DNA of 62,028 bases, from the NCBI GenBank assembly GCA_964540285.1, contig CAZILW010000002.1, forward strand, positions 1-62,028, in the 5' to 3' direction. Under the pieces are notes generated by a model. That model did no database searches. It saw only the letters and a program-made list of their open reading frames with translations, and was not told the DNA's origin. Both the position numbers and the translations under genes were made by a program. Position 1 is the stretch's first letter; every line of letters starts with the position of its first letter. Source of the stretch: an uncultured Gammaproteobacteria bacterium. Lineage in GTDB: Bacteria > Patescibacteriota > Patescibacteriia > Patescibacteriales > UBA12465. Positions 27,495 to 36,146 of the stretch are shown here, in pieces.

Positions 27495-27576
27495 GCGGGC
27501 GTGGCGAAATTGGTATACGCACTTGCCTTAGGAGCAAGCGGAGCAATCCATGAGAGTTCGAGTCTCTCCGCCCGCA
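27495..27576 (+). tRNA. tRNA-Leu(UAG), type II; CCA not encoded
   Basis: Hand-folded. Acceptor GCGGGCG/CGCCCGC; anticodon arm CTTGC-CTTAGGA-GCAAG; long variable arm; T-arm GAGAG-TTCGAGT-CTCTC. Confidence 0.9.
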
Positions 27577-27625
27577 CTTTACTGAATTTTTTGCTTTTTT
27601 GTTTTGCTTTTTTAGATAGTTATAG

Positions 27626-28471
27626 ATGATTAATTTTTTACATAGCTTTGAGCCAAATCCTGTTTTGGTAAGTTTCGGTTTAATTAAAATTCATTGGTAT
27701 GGATTTTTTATTGTTTTGGCTATAATTTTGGCTTTATCGGTTTCTTTTTTTCTGGCTAATAAATATAGGATAAATAAAGACGATCTTTTTGACCTGTCTT
27801 TTTATTTAATAATTTTTGGAATAGTTGGAGCTAGGATTTATGATGTTTTTTTAGAATGGAGATATTATTTGGAAAATCCTTTGGATGTTTTTAAGGTTTG
27901 GCAAGGAGGGTTGGCTATTCATGGTGGAATTTTGGCCGGAATTTTAGTTTTGTGTTTTTTTGTAAAAAAGAAAAAAATAAGAGGTTTGTCCGGAAATAAT
28001 TTTTGGGATGATTTTTTTTCTTTATCTTTTATTATTGTTCCTGGTTTGGCCTTGGCCCAATCAGTTGGTAGATGGGGTAATTACTTTAATCAAGAGCTTT
28101 TTGGCAGTCCAACAAACCTGCCCTGGGGAATACCAATAAATATTTTAAACAGACCAGTTGAATATATATTTAATGATTTTTTTCACCCTACTTTTTTGTA
28201 TGAGTCTATCGGTTCTCTTTTTATATTTGCTTTATTGATTTCATTTCATTTTTATTTTTTAAGAAAAGATAAAGTAAGCTTTCAGCTAAAGTTTTTTGTA
28301 AGTGCTAGTTATTTGATTCTATATTCTATTTTACGCTTTTTTTTAGAGTTCATTAGAATTGATTTTGCGCCAATGTTTTTAGGGCTAAGATTTCCACAGA
28401 TTATGAGCGTGCTTATTGTTTTGTTTTGTATTTTTTTGATTTTTAATTTTAATTATAAAAAAATAATATAA
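27626..28471 (+). CDS. lgt: prolipoprotein diacylglyceryl transferase
   Basis: Motifs GLAIHGGILAG and GRWGNYFNQELFG; polytopic. Confidence 0.9.
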   Translation: MINFLHSFEPNPVLVSFGLIKIHWYGFFIVLAIILALSVSFFLANKYRINKDDLFDLSFYLIIFGIVGARIYDVFLEWRYYLENPLDVFKVWQGGLAIHGGILAGILVLCFFVKKKKIRGLSGNNFWDDFFSLSFIIVPGLALAQSVGRWGNYFNQELFGSPTNLPWGIPINILNRPVEYIFNDFFHPTFLYESIGSLFIFALLISFHFYFLRKDKVSFQLKFFVSASYLILYSILRFFLEFIRIDFAPMFLGLRFPQIMSVLIVLFCIFLIFNFNYKKII

Positions 28472-28477
28472 AAAAAT

Positions 28478-29674
28478 ATGTATAGATTTCATTTGTTTGG
28501 TAGGTTTTCTAATTTGAAAATTAAAAAAAGTTTATTGGTTTTATATTTAGCTGGATTTACCCTGGCTATTTCAACTGCTTTTCCGGCTTATATAAACTCT
28601 AGTTTTATTGAAAATTTTGTTAATGCTAGAAATGTTGGTTTGTTTTTTGTAGCTGCCAATATTGCCACTTTTTTTGCCATGCTTTTTTTCCCGGCTATAA
28701 TTAGAAAGCTTAGCAATCTTTTGTCGGCAAAACTGGTGATGCTTTTAAATATTATTTCTTTAATGATTCTCATGATGGACCCCTCGCCTTTCTGGTTGTT
28801 TGTTTTTTTTGTTGGTATGTGGACAGCCTCTAATCTTTTATGGATAAACATGGATTTGTTTGTGGAGAGCTTCACGGATAACTCTAGTACGGGGAAAACC
28901 AGGGCTGTTTATTTCACTTTTATGAATCTCGGGTGGATTTTTTCTCCAATGTTAGCCTCTAGACTGGTTATTGGAAATGATCATTATAATTTGGTTTATT
29001 TAGCCTCAGCTGTTTTGCTTTTATTTTTTTACTTTGTGATTGTTTTTAATGAAAAAAGAGTTAGTAAAATAGTCGCTTACGATAAGGTTAATATTTGGAA
29101 AACAATAATTGATTTTTGGAAAAACCCTAGCTTAAAAGGTATTTATTTTTCTTCTTTTTTCTTAAATTTATTTTTTAATTCAGCTGTTGTTTTTATTCCG
29201 ATTTATTTACATAATGTTATTGGTTTTGATTGGTCTGTTTTGGGTTTGATGTTTTCATTTATGCTTATCCCCTTTGTTTTGTTTGAAATTCCGGCCGGCA
29301 TTATAGCTGATAAATATTTGGGAGAAAAAGAAATGATGTTTGCTGGTATGTCAATATTGTTAATTTCTTTACTTTTATTCTTTTTTGTCAGCTCTACTTC
29401 GGCTTTTGTTTGGGGGGCGATTTTGTTTTTTAGTCGAATCGGAGCCGCTTTAATTGAAGCAATGAGAGAGTCAAGGTTTTTTAAGATTGTTGATGCTGAA
29501 AATGTTAGTCATATAAATTTTTTAAGAACATCTTATCCTTTAGGTTATTTGCTTGGCTCTGGTCTTGGGGTTTTGATTTTGAGCTTTTATGAAGTTCAAT
29601 ATTTGTTTTTATTTTTAGCAGTTTTGTTTTTGTTTAGTTTTTATTTTGTCTATATTATCAAAGACAGTAAATAA
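28478..29674 (+). CDS. MFS transporter
   Basis: About 12 TM segments in a 6+6 arrangement; 398 aa. Confidence 0.75.
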   Translation: MYRFHLFGRFSNLKIKKSLLVLYLAGFTLAISTAFPAYINSSFIENFVNARNVGLFFVAANIATFFAMLFFPAIIRKLSNLLSAKLVMLLNIISLMILMMDPSPFWLFVFFVGMWTASNLLWINMDLFVESFTDNSSTGKTRAVYFTFMNLGWIFSPMLASRLVIGNDHYNLVYLASAVLLLFFYFVIVFNEKRVSKIVAYDKVNIWKTIIDFWKNPSLKGIYFSSFFLNLFFNSAVVFIPIYLHNVIGFDWSVLGLMFSFMLIPFVLFEIPAGIIADKYLGEKEMMFAGMSILLISLLLFFFVSSTSAFVWGAILFFSRIGAALIEAMRESRFFKIVDAENVSHINFLRTSYPLGYLLGSGLGVLILSFYEVQYLFLFLAVLFLFSFYFVYIIKDSK

Positions 29675-29685
29675 TTTTTTTCTGA

Positions 29686-30042
29686 TTAAAAAAAAAGGAG
29701 AATTCTCCTCTTTTTTTTGTTGGAACATTTCCATTTCCTGATATCTTGTCCTGGAAAAACTTCGCTTTTTCTTTTTGCCAAAAAATGAGCCAAAATAACA
29801 CTAATCTTATGTCTCTCTTTGTTTTTTTCCGTGTAGAAAAAGAACGACTCGTTCTGAAGTATTTCTACCTCTAGACCCATCTCTTCTTTTACCTCTCTTT
29901 CGGCCGTTTCTTTGATGTTAAATTCATAATTTTCCACTCTTCCACCGCAAAATTTCCAAAAATCATCTTCGCCGTGCTTGTTTAATAAAACCTTACCGTC
30001 TTCCACTATAACCGGCCCAGAAGCAATAATAATTTTTAACAT
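29686..30042 (-). CDS. NUDIX hydrolase
   Basis: Nudix box GGRVENYEFNIKETAEREVKEEMGLEV. Confidence 0.8.
   Translation of the reverse strand: MLKIIIASGPVIVEDGKVLLNKHGEDDFWKFCGGRVENYEFNIKETAEREVKEEMGLEVEILQNESFFFYTEKNKERHKISVILAHFLAKRKSEVFPGQDIRKWKCSNKKKRRILLFF
29688..29718. terminator. bidirectional terminator
   Basis: Palindrome AGGAGAATTCTCCT (29696-29709) flanked by an A-run and a T-run. The last codons of the NUDIX ORF run through it. Confidence 0.65.
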
Positions 30043-30205
30043 ATGCTTACTTTATTATTTTTTAAAAAGATGTTGTTAGGTTTATTATACTTAAAAAATC
30101 TTTTTTTGAAAAGTTTTTCCACAGTCACAATTTGACAAAAAATTTTTTTTGAAATATTCTTTTAAAGTATGAAAAATTGCAAAGTGCAAAAAATTAATAT
30201 TACCT

Positions 30206-30367
30206 GGTTTAGCCACATTTATATTATGGCCTGCTTTTTATTTTTATATAGAGGTCGGTTTAATTTTGCCTTTGTTGGTCCAAACTACAGAAATATGAAT
30301 AGAATTTAAGAAAAAAACAAAAACAAAGATAAGGTTAAGCCGATTGTCAAAAGCAATCGGTTTTTTT
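30206..30367 (+). promoter_or_regulatory. structured leader/sRNA-like element, copy 1 (long stem alternative to an intrinsic terminator)
   Basis: Conserved box GGTTTAGCCACATT (30206-30219). 21-bp stem 30255-30275 / 30323-30343. Terminator CCGATTG (30340-30346) / CAATCGG (30354-30360) plus T7 (30361-30367). The stem and terminator share 30340-30343. Possible -10 TAATAT at 30195-30200. Confidence 0.6.
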
Positions 30368-30419
30368 ATAAATTTATTTAATATGAGCATACAAAAAAAA
30401 TGTATAATTTATTCTTTAT

Positions 30420-30552
30420 GGTTTAGCCACATTATTATGTTGTTAATCTTTTTTTATGTAAATCGGCTTAGTTTTGCCTTTGTGAGGTTATAGGAAAAAA
30501 CAAAACACAAAGATAAAGCCAAGCCGATTGACAACAAGCAATCGGTTTTTTT
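30420..30552 (+). promoter_or_regulatory. structured leader/sRNA-like element, copy 2
   Basis: Same box (30420-30433). Stem 30463-30483 / 30507-30527. Terminator 30524-30530 / 30539-30545 plus T7 (30546-30552). TATAAT at 30403-30408. Ends 34 nt before the ATG at 30586. Confidence 0.6.
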
Positions 30553-30585
30553 GTTCTTTAAGTCTAATTAAAAAATAATTGAATC

Positions 30586-31923
30586 ATGAACAGAAATTTT
30601 ATTGAGTTGGCTGAACGTATTAGTTTGGCCTATCAGCAAGGAGGAAAAGTTGAGCTCGCTAATTTCTTAAAGCTTGAGCTAGCACTAAATGAAAGTGAGG
30701 CTGAAAAAATAGCCGAAAATTTTCAATTTCAAAAAGTGGATTGGGAAGAATTAAAAAATCTTTCTTCCGATGATTGGTTAAAATTTCAAAGTAAGAAGAG
30801 CACCAGTCATTTTAAAGATCTGGGCTTGGAGTTAAAAAGTTTTGACAAGAAAGACTCTTCCGGTGTTTGGCCAAAAAACAAATTGGCCTGGGAACTTATT
30901 AGAAAAACTAATCCAGAGGCAGAGTTTAATTTTAAAATTCCAGAAGATAGTGTTCATGAAATGGGCAAAAATAGAATCTTTTTTGAACAGGCCGGATTTA
31001 AAGGTGCGTTTAGTAAATTAATTACTATTGCTCTTGATTTGCCTGGATCTAACGGTTTGCCGCCTTCGATTAGTCATAAAGCAAAGATTTTGCTTGATAG
31101 ATTGGGCGATGTTGGCAGAGACTTGGCCATAACTCTTCTTAAGCAGGAAATAATATTTCCTCCAGAATTGATTCTTAAGAGCTTGATAAATTCTGTTTAT
31201 CGCGGCTTGCAAGGAGAGACAGTTATTATAACTGGTGCTTTTTGTCCTGATTATGAGTATCGAGTAACTGGCAGAAAAGATATTCCCTATGAATACACTT
31301 TTAAGGGTGTTGGTGGCGATATAGGATTGGTTGCTAAGCAGTTTGTAAGAATGACCCCAGCTTTAGTTGATTTCTTCAAAAGACACAAAATTCCATTTAA
31401 AATAGTTTATGGAATTGGTGATTTTGAAGCTAATGACGATTCTATTCTTAAAAGAGTGGGTCTTAGTCGAGATGAATTTATTTATCGATGTCAAAATTCA
31501 AATCAAAAATTTGTAAATTTGATGAGAAGCATGGATATTGATGTTGAGGTTCGTCTTTGCCAAGAAGAGTGGGCCAATGGTCGATGGAAAGAAAGCGTTG
31601 GTTTTTTTCAAGAGCAGTTTAATTCTGGTAATTTCTTGGAAATCAGAAAAAACACCGGCAAAAATCCTGAAAGGGAGCTTGATTTTATCGCTGAAGCTTC
31701 CAGTAATTTTTACTCTACTTGGTATAATAAGAAACTGAGTAATGAGGAATTAAAAAAAATAATAATTTCTCAGGCAACCGAGTATGCTTCTTTTGGAAAG
31801 ATTATAAAAGAAGATTTTGGAAGTAATCCCGTGATTCAATTGGCTGGAGATAGGCCAAAAATACAAATTTTTGGAAGTGCTGTTTCTAGTCATCCAGTGC
31901 TATGTGCTAAAAGAACTTATTAA
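30586..31923 (+). CDS. hypothetical protein (445 aa), no family recognised
   Basis: Long ORF with no TM or signal sequence. Locally distinctive motifs are ITGAFCPDYEY and YGIGDFEANDD. Confidence 0.6.
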   Translation: MNRNFIELAERISLAYQQGGKVELANFLKLELALNESEAEKIAENFQFQKVDWEELKNLSSDDWLKFQSKKSTSHFKDLGLELKSFDKKDSSGVWPKNKLAWELIRKTNPEAEFNFKIPEDSVHEMGKNRIFFEQAGFKGAFSKLITIALDLPGSNGLPPSISHKAKILLDRLGDVGRDLAITLLKQEIIFPPELILKSLINSVYRGLQGETVIITGAFCPDYEYRVTGRKDIPYEYTFKGVGGDIGLVAKQFVRMTPALVDFFKRHKIPFKIVYGIGDFEANDDSILKRVGLSRDEFIYRCQNSNQKFVNLMRSMDIDVEVRLCQEEWANGRWKESVGFFQEQFNSGNFLEIRKNTGKNPERELDFIAEASSNFYSTWYNKKLSNEELKKIIISQATEYASFGKIIKEDFGSNPVIQLAGDRPKIQIFGSAVSSHPVLCAKRTY

Positions 31924-31942
31924 GCACTAACATTTCTTTTTT

Positions 31943-31966
31943 AGGGGGCCTAAAAACCCCCTTTTT
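31943..31966 (+). terminator. intrinsic terminator
   Basis: Stem AGGGGG/CCCCCT followed by a T-run. Confidence 0.7.
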
Positions 31967-32008
31967 AAAAAAATAACAAATTTATATAAATTAATAATTA
32001 ATAAAAAT

Positions 32009-32353
32009 ATGTATTATTCAAAAAAACAAGCTCAGAAATTTAAAATTCCAGGAGGAACTTCTGGTTATTTGTATCCAAACCATCCAAAGGGGGAGCAAAG
32101 TATAGCCCTCGTTAGCGCTAAGGGTAGATACCCAGACAGAGGTTGGTCTATTAATTCAAAATGTACAGAAACTATTTTTGTTTTGAGTGGAAATTTAAAA
32201 ATTAATGTTGATGGAAAAATATTTTATCTTAAAAGAGACGACTTAATTATGATTTTGCCTGGACAAAAATATAAAATTAGAGGCAAGGCCAAAACTCTTG
32301 ATCTTATCACTCCTTTTTGGGAGAAAGAACAAAATAAAATAATTATAGAATAA
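32009..32353 (+). CDS. cupin domain protein
   Basis: Small beta-barrel-like sequence, 114 aa, resembling single-domain cupins (ETIFVLSGNLKINVDGK...LPGQKYKIRG). Confidence 0.6.
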   Translation: MYYSKKQAQKFKIPGGTSGYLYPNHPKGEQSIALVSAKGRYPDRGWSINSKCTETIFVLSGNLKINVDGKIFYLKRDDLIMILPGQKYKIRGKAKTLDLITPFWEKEQNKIIIE

Positions 32354-32355
32354 AT

Positions 32356-33465
32356 ATGAACAAATTAATTTATGCTAATACAAAAAATAGTGATCTTTTG
32401 TATTTATTAAAGATGAACATTCCGGATCCATTTTTTTTCTTAGAAAATGACAAGGGCTCTTTTGTTTTTTTGGATTCTAGAGAGTTTGGTGTTTTTCAGG
32501 AAAAAAATAAAAACACAGAAATATCAGCTATTTTACTTGATCCGATTATTTCTAAATTACAAGCAAGCGGAAATTATTCTTTACCTAATTTAGCTAAAGA
32601 AATAATTTCTAATTATAGCAACTCTTCAAAGTTATTAGTCCCAGACAATTTTCCTCTAAATGTTTTTAATTCCTTGAAAGAGAGTAATTTTGATATTTCT
32701 GTTGATAGTGATTTATTTCCAGCCAGAAAAATAAAAGGCAGTTTAGAAATTGATTTTATAAAAGATAATTTAGATAAAACTAAAAAAGTCTTTTCTTTGA
32801 TTGAAAATATTTTAAAAGAAGCAATGATAAAAGATGATTTTTTGTATCATAAAGATGGTTTTTTAAGTAGTGAGCTGATAAAAGATATGGTCTCTAATTC
32901 TTTATTTAAGGATAAAATGTTTAATTTTGAGGGAATAATCATTTCTTCTGGGCCTCAGAGCTCAATGCCTCATCATCCTGGTTCAGGCAAAATTTTGGCT
33001 AATCAGCCAATAATTTGTGATATTTTTCCTCGCAGTTTGGAGAATAATTATTTTGCTGACATGACTAGAACTTATGTTAAAGGCAGGGCTAGTAATGAGC
33101 TAAAAAATATTTTTAACGGTGTTTTAAGTGTTCAAGAAAAAATGATTTCCAAAATTAAACCCGGAGAAAGTGGTAAGCATTTTTATGACTTAACTTGTAA
33201 AGAATTTAATAATTTGGGGTTTTTTTCTTCCAGTGAAGAGGGTTTTATTCATGGGCTTGGTCATGGACTTGGTTTGGACGTTCATGAGGGACCTTATCTT
33301 AATAAATTAGGAGAAGAAGTTTTATATCCGGGCAATATTGTTACTATTGAGCCAGGTTTGTATTATAAAAAAACTGGCGGAATTAGAATTGAAGATGTGG
33401 TGGTGATAACAGGCAGTGGCTGTGAAAATCTTACAAATTATCACAAGATGTTAGAAATAAAGTAA
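32356..33465 (+). CDS. M24 family metallopeptidase (Xaa-Pro aminopeptidase-like)
   Basis: HGLGHGLGLDVHEGP and GGIRIEDVVVIT metal-ligand motifs. Confidence 0.85.
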   Translation: MNKLIYANTKNSDLLYLLKMNIPDPFFFLENDKGSFVFLDSREFGVFQEKNKNTEISAILLDPIISKLQASGNYSLPNLAKEIISNYSNSSKLLVPDNFPLNVFNSLKESNFDISVDSDLFPARKIKGSLEIDFIKDNLDKTKKVFSLIENILKEAMIKDDFLYHKDGFLSSELIKDMVSNSLFKDKMFNFEGIIISSGPQSSMPHHPGSGKILANQPIICDIFPRSLENNYFADMTRTYVKGRASNELKNIFNGVLSVQEKMISKIKPGESGKHFYDLTCKEFNNLGFFSSSEEGFIHGLGHGLGLDVHEGPYLNKLGEEVLYPGNIVTIEPGLYYKKTGGIRIEDVVVITGSGCENLTNYHKMLEIK

Positions 33466-33467
33466 AC

Positions 33468-33503
33468 AAAAAAACAGACCAAGATAAGTTGGTCTGTTTT
33501 TTT
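33468..33503. terminator. bidirectional terminator
   Basis: 9-bp stem ACAGACCAA/TTGGTCTGT flanked by an A-run and a T-run, between convergent genes. Confidence 0.75.
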
Positions 33504-33519
33504 GTTGTATAAATTTATT

Positions 33520-33807
33520 TTATTGATTGTTTTGACAGCCGCAAGTTGATTTTCTTTGCTCTTGCTTTTTACCTGTATCTCCCATGCAAGTTCCAGCTCC
33601 TTTTTGAGCACAGTTACATACACCGCCATTAGCTGCGCAACCACAAGTTCCGTTTTCGGCAAAGTATGAGCAAGACGTTCTTTTGTCGTCTAGTTTTTGC
33701 TCAGCTTCATTGGCCGAAACATTGTTAGCACTTGAATTGGCGAAAAATATTAAACCAGCTACGAAAAGGGCCAAAGATGCACCACTCAAAGCTATAATTT
33801 TTTTCAT
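33520..33807 (-). CDS. small secreted or anchored Cys-rich protein (95 aa)
   Basis: N-terminal hydrophobic signal/anchor. The C-terminal 50 aa carry 8 Cys, including three CxC motifs (CGC, CNC, CGC). Last gene of the ECF sigma operon. Confidence 0.6.
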   Translation of the reverse strand: MKKIIALSGASLALFVAGLIFFANSSANNVSANEAEQKLDDKRTSCSYFAENGTCGCAANGGVCNCAQKGAGTCMGDTGKKQEQRKSTCGCQNNQ

Positions 33808-33871
33808 AATTTTTTAAAATGATTAATTATTAAAAGCGCTTTCTACTTATTATACGTCTCTGATTTTTGTT

Positions 33872-34663
33872 TTATTTCATTTTTTCAGCTTTACATGAGT
33901 TATCTTGAGAACAGGTATTATTATCGAAGCAAGCAGAGCAAGAGCCTTCCATTTTGGCGCAATGAGGACAGCCACATTTCCACGGCCTTATTTCTTTTAT
34001 AATAAATTCATTTTTTTCAGAATTTATTTTTATTTCACCTATTATTTTTATTTTATCATTATTTACTAACAGCTCTTTTCCAATAAAATCATTATTTGGT
34101 GAGATTAAAATCCATTCTATTTCTGAAAAGTCTTTTAAAATAAATTGATTGTTTTTAATCTCTAGCGTTCCGGCCAGCAGTCCTTTTTCTGGATTTTCCC
34201 AAGAAGAACGAATATAATTTGCTTTGCGGTATAGTTTATTGGAAGATAAAGATGTCTCTGTTTTCTGACTCATTCCAGACAGATAAAAACCGCTAGCTAA
34301 AATAACAACAATAATCGTTCCTATAATACTTTGGTATATAAAGGGATAGGCATATGTTCCGTCGGCTTTTTTTGTTTTAATGAGGGTTAAAATTAAGAAA
34401 ACTAGAACCCCTAAGAGCCAAAAATAAGGAAAGGCTTTTAGAAAGAAGGCGCCCGGACTTGATCCTAGAAAATGATAAATATCCCAATCGCCATGTTTAA
34501 TTATTAAAAACATAACAGACAAAGACAGTCCAGCGAAAAGTAAAAAAATTGATGTTAAAATCCAAAAAATTATTTTTTTAAAAACAAAAAATGAACGACT
34601 CAGCGGTTTAAGTTTTTCCTTTTCTATTTTTTTAATTATTTTATTTTCTAAATTATTTAACAT
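33872..34663 (-). CDS. membrane protein with Cys-rich extracytoplasmic C-terminus (possible anti-sigma/sensor partner)
   Basis: Three TM helices and C-terminal CGCPHCAKMEGSCSACFDNNTCSQDNSC. An 11-nt overlap with the upstream sigma factor gene suggests translational coupling. Confidence 0.55.
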   Translation of the reverse strand: MLNNLENKIIKKIEKEKLKPLSRSFFVFKKIIFWILTSIFLLFAGLSLSVMFLIIKHGDWDIYHFLGSSPGAFFLKAFPYFWLLGVLVFLILTLIKTKKADGTYAYPFIYQSIIGTIIVVILASGFYLSGMSQKTETSLSSNKLYRKANYIRSSWENPEKGLLAGTLEIKNNQFILKDFSEIEWILISPNNDFIGKELLVNNDKIKIIGEIKINSEKNEFIIKEIRPWKCGCPHCAKMEGSCSACFDNNTCSQDNSCKAEKMK

Positions 34664-35219
34664 ATTTTTGATATTTATCTTTAAATTGTTTTTTTGCTCT
34701 GTCTATTTGGGTGCAGACCGTCCCAATTGGTTTTTTTAAAATGTCGGAAATTTCTTTATAATCCTTATACTCAAAGAACCTTAATACCAAAATTTCACGA
34801 TAATCTTCTTTTAATTCTTTTAATGTTTTTAATACTTTTTCTTTTTCTAGTTTTATGTCCAATTCTTCGCTCAAATTAGTCTCTTCGTCTGGTATTTCTA
34901 GTTCCGGCAAAAGTGGTAAATTGTTTCTTTTTTGGCGTCTGATTTCGTCTATGGCTTCATTGTGAACTATGCGATAAGCCCAGGAAGAAAATTTGAGCTT
35001 TGGGTCAAAATTGTTTAAATTTTTATAGATTTTAATAAAAGAATTTTGAATAACATCTTCAATTTCATCATTTCTAAAACCAGCAAATCTTTTTAGGTAA
35101 TAAAAAAATTTCTCCTTGTATCTAATGACAAGAAGAGAAAAATAGTCAATATTTTTTAAAGACAGCTCGAGTAATTTTTCGTCACTGTATTTTGATATTT
35201 TTGAATTGTCGATATTCAT
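34653..35219 (-). CDS. ECF-type RNA polymerase sigma-70 family factor
   Basis: Region 2 (IEDVIQNSFIKIYKNLNNFD...FSSWAYRIVHNEAIDEIRR) and region 4 (REILVLRFFEYKDYKEISDILKKPIGTVCTQIDRAK). Confidence 0.85.
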   Translation of the reverse strand: MNIDNSKISKYSDEKLLELSLKNIDYFSLLVIRYKEKFFYYLKRFAGFRNDEIEDVIQNSFIKIYKNLNNFDPKLKFSSWAYRIVHNEAIDEIRRQKRNNLPLLPELEIPDEETNLSEELDIKLEKEKVLKTLKELKEDYREILVLRFFEYKDYKEISDILKKPIGTVCTQIDRAKKQFKDKYQKYVK

Positions 35220-35345
35220 GTATTATTAGTAATACGAAAATAAAGAAGCCTTTATTTCATGCTTTTAATATTATAGCTTTTGATGGGTAGAAAGGAAAGT
35301 AGCTCATATAAAAAAACCCAAAGTAGTTTGGGTTATTTTTGTTAG

Positions 35346-35430
35346 CGGAGAGATAGGGATTTGAACCCTAGAGAGCTTGCGCCCAAACGGTGTTCGAGAC
35401 CGTCGCCTTAAACCACTCGGCCATCTCTCC
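35346..35430 (-). tRNA. tRNA-Ser(CGA), type II; CCA not encoded
   Basis: Hand-folded on the minus strand. Acceptor GGAGAGA/TCTCTCC; anticodon arm ACGGT-CTCGAAC-ACCGT; long variable arm; T-arm TAGGG-TTCAAAT-CCCTA. Confidence 0.9.
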
Positions 35431-35432
35431 TT

Positions 35433-36146
35433 TTATTTCTTTAAAATATTAATTTCTTCTTTGTTTAAATTTTCCCATTGACCTTCTTTCAGATTACCTA
35501 ATTTTATACCAGCAAACTCAATTCTTTTTAATTTTTCTACTCTTAAATTAAAAAAACCAAACATTCTTCTAATTTGTCTTTTTTTTCCTTCGGCCAAAGT
35601 TATTTCAAAAAGTTGCTCATTTATTATTGTTATTTTTTTGGCCTTAGCCAATGTTTTTTCGCCTATGTTTATACCCTTAACAAAATCGTTTTTTAATTTA
35701 TTTAAAAAGATTTTATTTTTTAATTGTTCGTCATTATTTATTTTTACTAAATATATTTTATTGTGTTCAAATTTTGGATGGCTTAGTCTGTAATTCAAAT
35801 CACCATCGTTGGTTAAAATTAATAATCCAGAGCTGTCTCTATCTAAGCGCCCGATAGATACTATTTTCTCTCTTATATTGATTAGAGAAAAGATATTTTT
35901 TTCTCCTTTAAAACTTCTATTAGTACAAACATAAGCAACCGGCTTGTTTAGCTTTATATATACTTTTTGACTGTGAACAATTTTTTGGCCATTTACTTTT
36001 ATTTCATCATTCTTAGAAACTTTTTCTCCTAATTGAGCTATATGATTATTTATTGAAACCAGACCCAGTCTTATTAATTCCTCTGCTTTGCGACGAGAAT
36101 AGTTGCTGTTTTCGGCTATTACTTTTGTTAAATTTTCTTTATTCAT
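35433..36146 (-). CDS. RsuA/RluB-family pseudouridine synthase with S4 domain
   Basis: N-terminal S4 RNA-binding domain and catalytic motif GRLDRDSSGLLILTNDG. Confidence 0.9.
   Translation of the reverse strand: MNKENLTKVIAENSNYSRRKAEELIRLGLVSINNHIAQLGEKVSKNDEIKVNGQKIVHSQKVYIKLNKPVAYVCTNRSFKGEKNIFSLINIREKIVSIGRLDRDSSGLLILTNDGDLNYRLSHPKFEHNKIYLVKINNDEQLKNKIFLNKLKNDFVKGINIGEKTLAKAKKITIINEQLFEITLAEGKKRQIRRMFGFFNLRVEKLKRIEFAGIKLGNLKEGQWENLNKEEINILKK

Noticed and set aside
30206-30552. T-box riboswitch interpretation of the tandem leaders
   Set aside because: Each unit is only ~135-160 nt. The units lack the stem I/specifier architecture and the conserved T-box sequence, so the antiterminator resembles a simple two-state stem rather than a T-box bulge.
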